Source: Anaerotignum sp. | GTDB lineage: Bacteria > Bacillota > Clostridia > Lachnospirales > Anaerotignaceae | Reading direction: 5' to 3' | Assembly: GCF_040307045.1 (NCBI RefSeq) | Contig: NZ_JAWRKF010000005.1 | Coordinates: 56,834 to 120,833, forward strand | DNA: 64,000 nucleotides | In this document: positions 49,336-59,039 of the stretch, piece after piece | Layout: each line of letters opens with the position of its first letter | Numbering within the stretch: the stretch's first letter is position 1 | Translations under genes and position numbers: made by a program | The notes under the pieces: generated by a model | Databases searched by the model: none | The model's input: the letters and a program-made list of their open reading frames with translations, nothing else | What the model was told of the DNA's origin: nothing

Positions 49336-49815
49336 ATGTCCGATGTAAGCGGCAAGAGAATTGCGGAGCTTCTGATAACCCTAAACCTAAATTTGGTTTG
49401 CTGGAGCAGGGTTCATTTAGAACAGGTTTTTAGTACAAACGGAAAAGGTGAGGAAGAAAAACTTACCGTACAACAATTTCATATTTTACTACATATAAGG
49501 GATTTTGGGTTAAACACTGTTTCAGATATTTCCCATTTTTTTTGCCTCAGCAAGAGTAGTATTTCCCTAAGCATTTCAAAATTGGTGGCTAAAGGGTATT
49601 TGAAAAAACAATCTCCCACAAAAGGTGATGACGGCAGAAAAATATATTTTTATCTGACGGAAAAGGGCAACGAAGCTGTTATTGCAACAGAAAATGCGTT
49701 GATGGACGTTGCAGGTTGTTTTTTTGATTCTTTTGACAATGAAACAAGAAATATCCTTTGCACCCATCTCACTGCGATTAATCATTTACTATCAACAGGA
49801 GGAACTGTAGAATGA
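49336..49815 (+). CDS. MarR-family transcriptional regulator
   Basis: Winged-HTH region (LTVQQFHILLHIRDFGLNTVSDISHFFCLSKSSISLSISKLVAKGYL). Confidence 0.8.
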   Translation: MSDVSGKRIAELLITLNLNLVCWSRVHLEQVFSTNGKGEEEKLTVQQFHILLHIRDFGLNTVSDISHFFCLSKSSISLSISKLVAKGYLKKQSPTKGDDGRKIYFYLTEKGNEAVIATENALMDVAGCFFDSFDNETRNILCTHLTAINHLLSTGGTVE

Positions 49816-50924
49816 AACAAAAACTCATATTATTAAGTCTTTGTGCAGCACTCTTAGCTGGGTGTACAAACGACGCCAGCCAAGAAGAAGAAACCATATT
49901 GCGCACGGTTGAAGTCTCCACCATTGGTAAAGATACCATTTCCAGCAATTTTACTTATTCTGGAAAGGCATCTGCAGCAAAGGAAATTGCTGTAGCACCA
50001 ACCATACCAGGGGAAGTACTCAATTATAACTTTGAAGTTGGCGACAATGTTAAAGAAAATCAAGTTCTCTTTACTGTTGATTCCTCAAACTTAAATGACC
50101 AATTGCGTAGTGCCCAGGCAAACTACAATGTATCAAAACTTAACTTGGAAAATGCTGAGAAAACCTATAACAACAACAAAATTTTGTTTGATCAAGGAAT
50201 CATTTCCCAGACGGAAATGGATCAAATAAAATTAGCTTTTGAGTCTGCTAAAGCAAATATTCAAGCTTTAGAAATTAACCTTGAAGTTTTACAAAAGAAT
50301 ATTGGAGATTGCTCTGTAACAGCGCCAATGTCCGGTGTAATTGTTAGCAGAAGCGTAGAAAGGGGCAGCTTTGCTAGTCAGTCCACCCCCGCTTATGTGA
50401 TTATGGATCTCTCCACAATTAAAGTTGAGGTTGGCGTATCCGAACAAGCAGTCAATTCCATCAAAATTGGAGATGAGGTTGAGGTAAGAATGAGCGCCAT
50501 TTCCCAAGTTCCCCTAATTGGTAAAGTTTCCACCATTAGCCCTGCATCAAATCAAACAGGTACATATTCTGTAAAGGTTGAATTAAATAACAAAGATGGC
50601 GTGATCAAATCGGGAATGTTGGCTGAGGTTAGTTTCACAAAAGAAAAGGCTGATGATGCTCTGGTTCTGCCAAGAAATGCAGTCTTAACAAAAAATGATG
50701 AAACATATATCTACGTGATAGAGGGGGATACTGCCAAGAAAACTCCTGTAACCATTGGTATCGAAACCGGTGAAACAATTCAAATTACCTCTAACTTACC
50801 AGAAGGTACACAAGTAGTTACTCGTGGTCAAACATACTTAACCGATGGTGAAAAAGTAACCATTGCCAGCGATGCTGCTCCAGCAGAAAAAATCTCACAA
50901 CAAGATACGGCAAAGGAGGAATAA
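49812..50924 (+). CDS. Efflux RND periplasmic adaptor (MFP/HlyD family) lipoprotein
   Basis: Lipobox LLAGCTND, a coiled-coil hairpin region and beta-barrel motifs (CSVTAPMSGVI). Confidence 0.85.
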   Translation: MKQKLILLSLCAALLAGCTNDASQEEETILRTVEVSTIGKDTISSNFTYSGKASAAKEIAVAPTIPGEVLNYNFEVGDNVKENQVLFTVDSSNLNDQLRSAQANYNVSKLNLENAEKTYNNNKILFDQGIISQTEMDQIKLAFESAKANIQALEINLEVLQKNIGDCSVTAPMSGVIVSRSVERGSFASQSTPAYVIMDLSTIKVEVGVSEQAVNSIKIGDEVEVRMSAISQVPLIGKVSTISPASNQTGTYSVKVELNNKDGVIKSGMLAEVSFTKEKADDALVLPRNAVLTKNDETYIYVIEGDTAKKTPVTIGIETGETIQITSNLPEGTQVVTRGQTYLTDGEKVTIASDAAPAEKISQQDTAKEE

Positions 50925-50927
50925 ACC

Positions 50928-53900
50928 ATGTTATCTAGACTCTCCATACGCCGTCCTGTCACTACGATCATGGTGTCACTGATGGTTTTCATTGCAGGTA
51001 TTGTGGCATATACCAGCTTAAATCTATCACTAATGCCCAACGTAGATATTCCCGTTGCATTGGTAAGTACCACTTATATAGGAGCGGGACCCGAAGAAAT
51101 AGAAAACCTCGTTTCAAAACCTCTGGAAGAGGCTCTAGGAACGGTAAACAATGTGGATACCATTACCTCTATCTCAAATTCCAACAACTCTATGGTTTTA
51201 ATCCAATTTGTTGATGGAACAGATATTGACATGGCATCTCTGGATCTTAGAGATGTAATTGACCGAACAAAAAATGCCCTGCCTGATGATGTTGGGGATC
51301 CCGTTATCTTTAAAATGGATATGAACGCTATTCCCATTAACTTAGGTGTTACGGCAAAAAACCTGGACCTAAATACCCTGAACGACCTATTGGAGGATAA
51401 CATCGCCCCTCGTTTTGAGCGAATTGAAGGTATTGCCTCCGTTGGGCTATACGGTGGTATTGAAAAAGAAGTACGTATTACCGTTGATCCTAGCAAATTA
51501 GCAGGATATAACCTAAATACCAATACCCTTGCACAGCTTTTAGCCGCTGAAAATATGAACTTGCCATCGGGTTCCCTTTCCCAAGGTGACACCACCGTTC
51601 AGGTTCGTACACTTGGTCAGTTTTCTTCTATAGAAGAAATCAAATCTTTACCCATAACCACACCCACAGGCGCAATGATTAAGCTTAGCGATGTTGCACA
51701 GGTGGATGAAGTTGAGAAGGATAGAGATGCCTTCTCCTATATAAATGGGGAAAAAGGTATTTTGATCTCCATCGACAAACAGTCGACTGCAAACTTAGTA
51801 AAAACAAGCGATAAGATTCAGAAAGAAATGAATAAGCTTGCAAAAGAATATCCAGAACTGCAGATTAGCCTCTTAACAGACACATCGGGCTATATCAAGG
51901 ATTCTATCTCAAACGTAACAGGAACTGCTTTCCTGAGTGCTTTGATTGCCTTCTTTGTATTGTTATTGTTCTTAAAGAATGCAGTTACTTCAGCTATTAT
52001 TGCCGTATCTATCCCTACTTCCATTTTGGCAACTTTCGCCTTAATGTACCTGGCAGATATGTCCCTAAACATCATTTCCATGGGAGGTGTTGCCATAGGT
52101 ATCGGTATGCTAGTAGACAACTCCATAGTAGTTTTGGATAGTATTTATCAGTATTATGAGCGTGGGTATACACCTGCTGAAGCAGCCGAGGTAGGTGCTA
52201 AGGAAGTAACCATGGCAATCACCGCCTCCACTTTAACAACTGTAGCGGTATTTTTACCAATTGCATTCGTAAAAGGTTCTGTCGGACAGCTTTTACAAAA
52301 TCTGTCCTTCTCAATCACTTTTGCACTACTTTCCTCCCTGGTAGTTGCGGTAACATTCGTACCTATGGCTTGTGCATTGTTATTGCAAAAAGATAAGAAA
52401 ACAAAGCTTAGAAAATATAAAAAATTTTCCTCTACTCTTTCCAAATGGGATGGGGCTTTAGATCGTCTTTCTCAATCTTACGATGGTATTTTGCGTTGGG
52501 CTTTGGCACATCGTAAGAAAACAGTTTTGATTGTGCTGGCCATCTTTATCGGCAGTTTGTCCACTGTGCCTATGGCCGGTATGGATTTTATGGAGGAAAT
52601 GGATGAGGGTACAGCAAGTATTACCATCACCCTCCCTAACGGTACTGATTTGGATACTACCGAAGAAACGGTTTTAGAAGCACTTTATCGTTTGCAAACC
52701 ATCCCCGAGGCCGAAACCGTTTATGCAAATGTTGGTGCTGGAATGATGTCAAGCGGTACTGCCTCTGCAACCATTTCTATGAACTTGGTTTCAAAAAATC
52801 AAAGACATCGTAGCACCTCTGAGGTTTGCGATGAAATCAAAAGCCTTCTAGGCGATATTCCCGGTATTGACCTTTCCGTATCCTCCTCGGATGCAGCAAT
52901 GGGCGGTATGGGCGGTACCGATGTTACATTTAACGTATATGGCTACGATAACCAAGTTTTAATGGAGATTGAAGATGAAATTGTGGAGCTAATAAGCAAC
53001 ATTAAAGGTTTCACCGATGTAGAGGGGTCCACCGGCAGTACTGTGCCAGAGGCAAAAGTAGTCATTGACCGTAGTAAGGCTTCTCATTATGGCATCACTA
53101 CATCTGCCATTGCCGGCGCTTTGAATACTGCCATTTCCGGCTCTACTGCAACCAAATATAAAGTAAATGGCTCAGAATTAGACGTAGTGATTCGCTACGA
53201 TACAAATCAACTTAACTATTTAACAGACTTAAATAACTTAACAGTTACATCCCCAACGGGAGGTCAAGTTCCCCTTTCTGATGTAGCTACTGTAGAAATT
53301 AGTGAGAGTGCCACTTCTATTTCTCGAGAAAATCAAAAGAACTATATCAGCATCAGTGCCAATACACCAAACTTAGCCGGTAGTGAGGCACGAAAATTGG
53401 TAGATCAGGCATTGGCATCTTTCCCATTCCCTGAAGGCTGTACTTTTGGCTATTCTGGCTCTATGGAAATGATGATGGACTCTTTTAGAAGTCTCATGCT
53501 GTGTATGGTCATTGCTGTACTGTTGGTTTATATGATTATGGCTTCTCAGTTCGAGTCCATGCGTTATCCTTTTATCGTAATGTTTTCAATGCCTTTGGCA
53601 ATTACCGGCGGTATTTTGGGCCTATTCTTAACGGGCCATTCCGTAACCATGCCTGCCCTTATGGGTTTTGTAATGCTAGTGGGTATGGTAGTAAATAACG
53701 CCATTGTATTGGTGGACTATGTAAATCAACTGATGGGTCGTGGTCTAAGCTGTTATGATGCTTTGGTAACAGCCGGACCTAGACGTTTGCGCCCAATCTT
53801 AATGACCACCCTAACCACTATTTTGGGTATGCTTCCTATGGCATTAAGCCAGCAAGAAGGTAGCGAAATGATGCAGAGCTTAGCAGTTGGTGTCATTTTT

Positions 53901-54050
53901 GGTCTTGCTTTCTCAACCGTTGTAACCCTGGTGTTTATACCCGTGATTTATATTTGGATGTATGAGCGTAAATCTAAGCGCAAAGAAAAGAAAGCAACAA
54001 AAAGAGCAGCAAAAGCAGATAAAAATCCGAAAAAAGTACAACTAAATTAA
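50928..54050 (+). CDS. RND-family efflux permease (AcrB/HAE-type)
   Basis: 1040 aa with a 12-TM architecture and two large loops. N-terminus MLSRLSIRRPVTTIMV. Motif GIGMLVDNSIVVLDSI. Confidence 0.9.
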   Translation: MLSRLSIRRPVTTIMVSLMVFIAGIVAYTSLNLSLMPNVDIPVALVSTTYIGAGPEEIENLVSKPLEEALGTVNNVDTITSISNSNNSMVLIQFVDGTDIDMASLDLRDVIDRTKNALPDDVGDPVIFKMDMNAIPINLGVTAKNLDLNTLNDLLEDNIAPRFERIEGIASVGLYGGIEKEVRITVDPSKLAGYNLNTNTLAQLLAAENMNLPSGSLSQGDTTVQVRTLGQFSSIEEIKSLPITTPTGAMIKLSDVAQVDEVEKDRDAFSYINGEKGILISIDKQSTANLVKTSDKIQKEMNKLAKEYPELQISLLTDTSGYIKDSISNVTGTAFLSALIAFFVLLLFLKNAVTSAIIAVSIPTSILATFALMYLADMSLNIISMGGVAIGIGMLVDNSIVVLDSIYQYYERGYTPAEAAEVGAKEVTMAITASTLTTVAVFLPIAFVKGSVGQLLQNLSFSITFALLSSLVVAVTFVPMACALLLQKDKKTKLRKYKKFSSTLSKWDGALDRLSQSYDGILRWALAHRKKTVLIVLAIFIGSLSTVPMAGMDFMEEMDEGTASITITLPNGTDLDTTEETVLEALYRLQTIPEAETVYANVGAGMMSSGTASATISMNLVSKNQRHRSTSEVCDEIKSLLGDIPGIDLSVSSSDAAMGGMGGTDVTFNVYGYDNQVLMEIEDEIVELISNIKGFTDVEGSTGSTVPEAKVVIDRSKASHYGITTSAIAGALNTAISGSTATKYKVNGSELDVVIRYDTNQLNYLTDLNNLTVTSPTGGQVPLSDVATVEISESATSISRENQKNYISISANTPNLAGSEARKLVDQALASFPFPEGCTFGYSGSMEMMMDSFRSLMLCMVIAVLLVYMIMASQFESMRYPFIVMFSMPLAITGGILGLFLTGHSVTMPALMGFVMLVGMVVNNAIVLVDYVNQLMGRGLSCYDALVTAGPRRLRPILMTTLTTILGMLPMALSQQEGSEMMQSLAVGVIFGLAFSTVVTLVFIPVIYIWMYERKSKRKEKKATKRAAKADKNPKKVQLN

Positions 54051-54107
54051 AAATAGAAACTTTATATTGCTTTTCCCCTTGCACTAGGGATATACTGAAA
54101 GAAAAAT

Positions 54108-54142
54108 AAAGTACCGTTTATTCTAATAATAAACGGTACTTT
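54108..54142. terminator. Hairpin after the RND gene
   Basis: Perfect 15-bp stem AAAGTACCGTTTATT/AATAAACGGTACTTT. The U-tract is weak. Confidence 0.5.
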
Positions 54143-54178
54143 CCATGTATAACACTTTCAGATGAGAGGAACAATTGT

Positions 54179-54901
54179 ATGAAGTTTACAAAACTTACGG
54201 AACATATTTATTATATGGAGCACGATCCCGAAACGGATCGACCAACCCTTGGATATATAAAAGGAAAAAATGGGGCCTTCATGATGGATGCAGGTAACTC
54301 TGCCGCCCATTACAATCATTTTATAGAAAAATTGCAGGAAAACCACTTACCTTCACCACGTTATCTTTCTATTACCCATTCCCATTGGGATCATAGCTTT
54401 GGCCTGTGGGCCACAGATGCTGTGACCATTGCAGGCGGAAAAACCAATAAAGAACTAGAAAAGATGATACAATGGAATTGGGATGATGCCTCTATGGCAA
54501 AACGCCTGGAAACAGGTGAAGAAACTGCTTTTTCAGATACACACATCCGCAAAGAATACACCCACCGAAGGGATATCAAAGTCAAAACTGCTGAAATCAG
54601 CTTCAATGGTTCCATGACGATTGATTTGGGAGATGTAACCTGTATATTAAAAGAAATCACTTCACCCCATTGCAGAGATTCTGTGGTGTTTATTATTCCT
54701 CAGGACGGTGTCATCTTTTTGGGTGATTCCTATTGTTCTGTTCCCCAGGGAGATATATGGGTATATGATAAAGTACTATTAATGGCGTATATTGATGAAC
54801 TTGAGCGTATAGAATTTCGCTATGCCATTAAAGGCCATCATCCCCCTCAAACAAAAGAGGAGATTATTTCAGAGTTAAAATCCGAATGGAAAAAATTATA
54901 A
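54179..54901 (+). CDS. MBL-fold metallo-hydrolase
   Basis: HSHWDHSFG (HxHxDH) motif. Confidence 0.8.
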   Translation: MKFTKLTEHIYYMEHDPETDRPTLGYIKGKNGAFMMDAGNSAAHYNHFIEKLQENHLPSPRYLSITHSHWDHSFGLWATDAVTIAGGKTNKELEKMIQWNWDDASMAKRLETGEETAFSDTHIRKEYTHRRDIKVKTAEISFNGSMTIDLGDVTCILKEITSPHCRDSVVFIIPQDGVIFLGDSYCSVPQGDIWVYDKVLLMAYIDELERIEFRYAIKGHHPPQTKEEIISELKSEWKKL

Positions 54902-54902
54902 A

Positions 54903-54933
54903 TAAAAAAACACCCCTATGGGTGTTTTTTTTT
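54903..54933. terminator. Bidirectional terminator
   Basis: A8-CACCC-ctat-GGGTG-T9. Confidence 0.75.
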
Positions 54934-54978
54934 GTCCCATTTCCTTCTTACTTTATCCTGGCAACAAGCTAAGAAATT

Positions 54979-56019
54979 TTAAACTACATACTTCACCGTA
55001 AAGGAAACAATTCCTGTTTCGTTGGGCGCAATTGTTTCTGGAGGTAGATAGAACCCAAGGCCATCTCCTATTACATAAAATCCAACCTCATCCAAATAGA
55101 CTTCCAATCGGTCTTTTCCATTGGAATAAAAACTTTTGGGCCTCTCCTCCATTAATGCTGTAAAAGAAGAAACGAAAAAGTTGTGAAGTTCCTTTTCACT
55201 ATCATCAATGATATCAAAAATTGTTAACTCTTTTCCGGTGCTAGCCGAATATGTATGAGACGTACATCCCCTTATCGTTTCACTCCCCCCTGTATACTGG
55301 GTGCTGGTGCCATAATAGGATACATACTTACTATCATCCCTGGTTAACTCATAGGAGCCCACAAAATAGTAAGGTGTAAAAGGTAGCCCCTGAACCTTTG
55401 CCGACTCATATTCTTTTTTTGCTTGGTTCTCAAAGTCATTTATAAAATCCTTAGCCAAGGATTTCACTTCCATTTCAAGGGAGTCTTTAATTTTTGTTCC
55501 ATTGCTGCCGTTGCTATCTTGAAGATCCATTTTAAAAGATAACACGGTTGTACCATCATCTGCCTTTACATCAGTATGATACCCACCCTCTACTTCACTG
55601 CCCGATGACAAAATGGTAATGACATAACCAATAGGATCCCATGCAACATCCGCATCAAAAGCCTCAGCAATGGCACGAATAGGCACCAATGTTCTTTCGT
55701 TTATAATCTGGGCTGGTACTGCCATAGTGTATACCAGCTGTCCATTTTTATAAAGACCTGTGTCTCCAATCTTTAAAACAACGGTATCCCCACCTTTGGT
55801 GGATGTTATTGTTTGGTTAGGCTCCGACCAAGTTACCTGGCTTCCTAACGCCTTGAATATGGCCCTCATGGGTACTAAAGTGCGGTCATCTATAATCACA
55901 GGTGCCTGGTCAAAGGAAACCGTCTGTCCGTCAACATATACTTGTATGGGCGGATGTGCAGCTACAGGCATAGCAAATAAAAAAAATGCCGCCATGGCTG
56001 CCAAAATGCTTTTTTTCAT
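54979..56019 (-). CDS. Secreted protein with two copper-amine-oxidase N-terminal-like (stalk) repeats and a C-terminal DUF3298/DUF4163-like region
   Basis: Signal peptide present. The repeat DDRTLVPMRAIFKALG / NERTLVPIRAIAEAFD occurs twice. Confidence 0.7.
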   Translation of the reverse strand: MKKSILAAMAAFFLFAMPVAAHPPIQVYVDGQTVSFDQAPVIIDDRTLVPMRAIFKALGSQVTWSEPNQTITSTKGGDTVVLKIGDTGLYKNGQLVYTMAVPAQIINERTLVPIRAIAEAFDADVAWDPIGYVITILSSGSEVEGGYHTDVKADDGTTVLSFKMDLQDSNGSNGTKIKDSLEMEVKSLAKDFINDFENQAKKEYESAKVQGLPFTPYYFVGSYELTRDDSKYVSYYGTSTQYTGGSETIRGCTSHTYSASTGKELTIFDIIDDSEKELHNFFVSSFTALMEERPKSFYSNGKDRLEVYLDEVGFYVIGDGLGFYLPPETIAPNETGIVSFTVKYVV

Positions 56020-56036
56020 TTCAAACCACCTCTTTT

Positions 56037-56555
56037 TTAGTTTTCACTTGCTGCAAGTTCTTTTGTTTTTGTTAATTCCTCTGCTTTTAATGCATATTTC
56101 ATGGCCAGCCCACCACAATAGCCAATAATCTGCATACAGTTTTTCTTTCTTGCTTTTCCCTCAAATTCACCCAAAGGCGCAGATAATTCTTTGCAAATCA
56201 ATGTTCCATAGTTGTTTTCAATCTCATGAACCATTTCCCCCACCAGGGAATACACTTCTTTTAACTCAGCCACCCTCTCCCCTACGGTTTCTTTGGCAAA
56301 GGGATCTTTCCTGCCAACCACACTGCTTAACGCCATAACTGCACCTGTAATTGCACCACAAGTGTTTTTTGTATTCCCCAATCCTGCACCAAACCCCGTT
56401 GCCAAAGCCAAGCTTTCTCTTGGCATCTCTTTATTGTAGATATCTAAAAAAGTACACATAATACACTCTGTACAGTTTAATCCTTGTCGAAAATAGTTAC
56501 TGCTGTTTTGTTCTGCTTGTTCCACCAAAGTCAGTTCCTTTGTTTCCTCGTTCAT
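56037..56555 (-). CDS. C_GCAxxG_C_C-family putative redox protein
   Basis: Cys pattern LNCTEC..C, NTCGAITGAVMA, LICKE, KNCMQIIGYCG. Confidence 0.7.
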   Translation of the reverse strand: MNEETKELTLVEQAEQNSSNYFRQGLNCTECIMCTFLDIYNKEMPRESLALATGFGAGLGNTKNTCGAITGAVMALSSVVGRKDPFAKETVGERVAELKEVYSLVGEMVHEIENNYGTLICKELSAPLGEFEGKARKKNCMQIIGYCGGLAMKYALKAEELTKTKELAASEN

Positions 56556-56676
56556 TGGCTATCCTCCTGAAAATTCAAAATTCGTAACAAAGTTACGGAA
56601 CTATGCAACGGTTTATGATATCATCATACCATAAAAATAAAAAACTTTCTCTTAAAATTTGAAAGGATGAAATAAA

Positions 56677-56877
56677 ATGAAAAGAATTGCGAAAATTGAT
56701 GTGAACAAATGCCCCCAGGACCACGCTTGTCCCGCTGTAAGGGTTTGTCCCGTTGGCGCCTTAACACAAGATAAAAGAAATGCTGCCCCCACTGTCCACC
56801 AGGACATCTGCATCGGGTGCGGTAGGTGCGCAATGACCTGTCCAAAAAAAGCTCTATATATGACACAGGAGGTTTAG
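56677..56877 (+). CDS. 4Fe-4S ferredoxin-type protein (66 aa)
   Basis: CPQDHACPAVRVCP and CIGCGRCAMTCP. Confidence 0.8.
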   Translation: MKRIAKIDVNKCPQDHACPAVRVCPVGALTQDKRNAAPTVHQDICIGCGRCAMTCPKKALYMTQEV

Positions 56878-56878
56878 T

Positions 56879-57079
56879 ATGAAAAAAATTGCAACCGTAT
56901 CCACAAAGGATTGTGTGTCCTGCGGCTGTTGTGAAAAAGTATGTCCCAAAAATGCTATTGCAATATACCATGGAATTTATGCCAAAGTAAATGAGTCCCT
57001 TTGTATTGGGTGTGGCATCTGTGCAAAAGCCTGCCCAGCCGACATCATCTCCATAAAGGAGGTTGATTCCCTTGGCTAA
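56879..57079 (+). CDS. 2x[4Fe-4S] ferredoxin (66 aa)
   Basis: CVSCGCCEKVCP and CIGCGICAKACP. Confidence 0.85.
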   Translation: MKKIATVSTKDCVSCGCCEKVCPKNAIAIYHGIYAKVNESLCIGCGICAKACPADIISIKEVDSLG

Positions 57080-57647
57080 GAAAAAAAATTGGTATGAATA
57101 TCTTTGGGTTGTATCCTCTGTTTATTTGATTTTAGGATTTTTCAATATATTATTCGCATGGCTTGGGTTAATCTGTTTTTTTATTCCCCTGATCATGTCC
57201 TTTTCCGGGGGTAAAAAAGGGTATTGCAACCGCTACTGCGGCAGAGGACAACTGTTTTCCATTCTAGGAAAACGCTTTTCTTTAAATCGACCTATCCCAA
57301 AGTGGATTTATAGTAAGTGGTTTCGTTATGGCTTTTTAACTTTCTTTATGGTCATGTTTTTCAACATGATTTTCTCCACCTATTTGGTGTTTTCCGGCGA
57401 AAGAAATCTAAAAGAAATTGTTACCCTTCTTTGGAGCTTTTCTTTACCTTGGGCGTTTGCCTCCTCCTCTGCTCCTGTGGCAGATTGGGTGAAACAATTT
57501 GCATTTGGTTTTTATAGCATTATGCTGACCTCTACATTACTGGGTTTTATTACAATGATCCTTTTCCGCCCTCGTACTTGGTGTGTATATTGCCCTATGG
57601 GAACTATGACGCAACTGATATGTAAAGCAAAATATAAAGAGGAATGA
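57063..57647 (+). CDS. Membrane 4Fe-4S-binding protein (Fer4_5-like)
   Basis: Four or five TM segments with CNRYCGRGQ and WCVYCPMGT. The start is uncertain; the TTG at 57072 has better spacing to GGAGG. Confidence 0.65.
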   Translation: MIPLAKKKNWYEYLWVVSSVYLILGFFNILFAWLGLICFFIPLIMSFSGGKKGYCNRYCGRGQLFSILGKRFSLNRPIPKWIYSKWFRYGFLTFFMVMFFNMIFSTYLVFSGERNLKEIVTLLWSFSLPWAFASSSAPVADWVKQFAFGFYSIMLTSTLLGFITMILFRPRTWCVYCPMGTMTQLICKAKYKEE

Positions 57648-57706
57648 ATATCTTGTATCCCCCTTTCTAAGGGTATCATTAAAACCAATGGTACCCTGTT
57701 CTCATG

Positions 57707-58366
57707 TCAAAGCAATGAATACAGTCCTTTTTTGTCTAAAATCTGAATACAACCACGACCTACAGAAATTAACTTTTTTTCTTTCATACGTTTTAAAGTA
57801 CGGCTTACCGCTTCTCTGGCACTGCCGATATTCTCTGCAATTTGCTCCTGGGTTAAATACAATGTATCGCTTTTTCGTTGACTACTTTCATCCAGAATAT
57901 AAGAAGCCAGGCGTTGCTCCAGGTTTAAAAACATCATTTGCTGCACCGCTTCCACCAAAGATGACATACGCTCCATCATCAACTCCAACGAAAAATTTTT
58001 GACATAAATATTTTGTTGCTCTACGCTAGCAAAAACCTCAGTCGGTAGTAATAAAAGCTGGCAGTCCTCGCAAGCCTCAACCTCCACATCAAAAGTAATT
58101 TGAGACATGGCACAAGACATGGTGAGCATGCAAAACTCTCCCTCACGCAAGCGAAAGATGGTTGCTTTTTTTCCCTCTTCTGAAATCAAATAGGCACGTA
58201 CTGCGCCTTTTAATACTTGCACCATACCCAAAGAGCCCTTTGCCGGTGTATAAATCAAATCCCCTTCTTGGAAAGTAAGAATTTTTTGATTCTTTTCAAA
58301 AAACCCTCTCTCCTCTTGGGAAAGACTTTTAAAAAATGGTAAAACTTCTATATGCTTGGGAACCAT
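57707..58366 (-). CDS. Crp/Fnr-family transcriptional regulator
   Basis: cNMP-binding-like N-terminus and a C-terminal HTH (LTQEQIAENIGSAREAVSRTLKRMKEKKLI). Confidence 0.85.
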   Translation of the reverse strand: MVPKHIEVLPFFKSLSQEERGFFEKNQKILTFQEGDLIYTPAKGSLGMVQVLKGAVRAYLISEEGKKATIFRLREGEFCMLTMSCAMSQITFDVEVEACEDCQLLLLPTEVFASVEQQNIYVKNFSLELMMERMSSLVEAVQQMMFLNLEQRLASYILDESSQRKSDTLYLTQEQIAENIGSAREAVSRTLKRMKEKKLISVGRGCIQILDKKGLYSLL

Positions 58367-58504
58367 ATTTATCCTCCTTTATACAACCGCCATGATATGG
58401 TTTGATTTTATGTTGCTATCTCATAAATGTCAAGTACCCCTTCCTTGACGGAACCCAAGGTTCGTGCTAAAATCCAGCCATACATATATATGGAGGTACA
58501 AAAG

Positions 58505-58870
58505 ATGAAAACAGAATTTGAACTTTTACAAGCTTTACCCCTTTTTCGAAAAATATCTATCCAAGGGCTACAAACCATGATGGATTGTTTTTGCGGAGAA
58601 TTAGTCCATCTAAAAAAAGGATCTTCTTTCTTGGGGGATAAAAATAAAGCTGCATGCTTGATTTCTGGAAAGGTTTCCTCCCTAGAATTAGGGCGTTTTT
58701 GCCCTTTTCCAACAAAAGAAACCCCCTACACAGCAATAGAAGATAGCTTGATTTTAATTATGGAAAGCCATATGCTTCTCTATCCTTGCTATGGCTGTTG
58801 CTTTTTCCACGCCCAATTGTTAGAGAATATGAGAGAAGATGGCATAGACTTGAAGGCTTTAGAATGTTAA
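58505..58870 (+). CDS. Stand-alone cNMP-binding-domain-like protein lacking an HTH (possible Crp-family remnant)
   Basis: The ATG at 58505 follows GGAGGTACAAAAG. The N-terminus LLQALPLFRKISIQGLQ resembles effector domains of the Crp family. The protein ends after about 121 aa. Confidence 0.45.
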   Translation: MKTEFELLQALPLFRKISIQGLQTMMDCFCGELVHLKKGSSFLGDKNKAACLISGKVSSLELGRFCPFPTKETPYTAIEDSLILIMESHMLLYPCYGCCFFHAQLLENMREDGIDLKALEC

Positions 58871-59039
58871 CCCCATCCATCCCCTTAACATCTTAAATCC
58901 ATTTGGTAAATCTATGGAGAAAAGTCATTCATAACATTTCACGCATTCTTTACTATTTACTGGAAAAAACTAATTGAAAAACCAAGTCTAAAAAAGCATC
59001 ACCAAGCTGTAATTACCAACGGGGGGATGCTTTTTCTTT

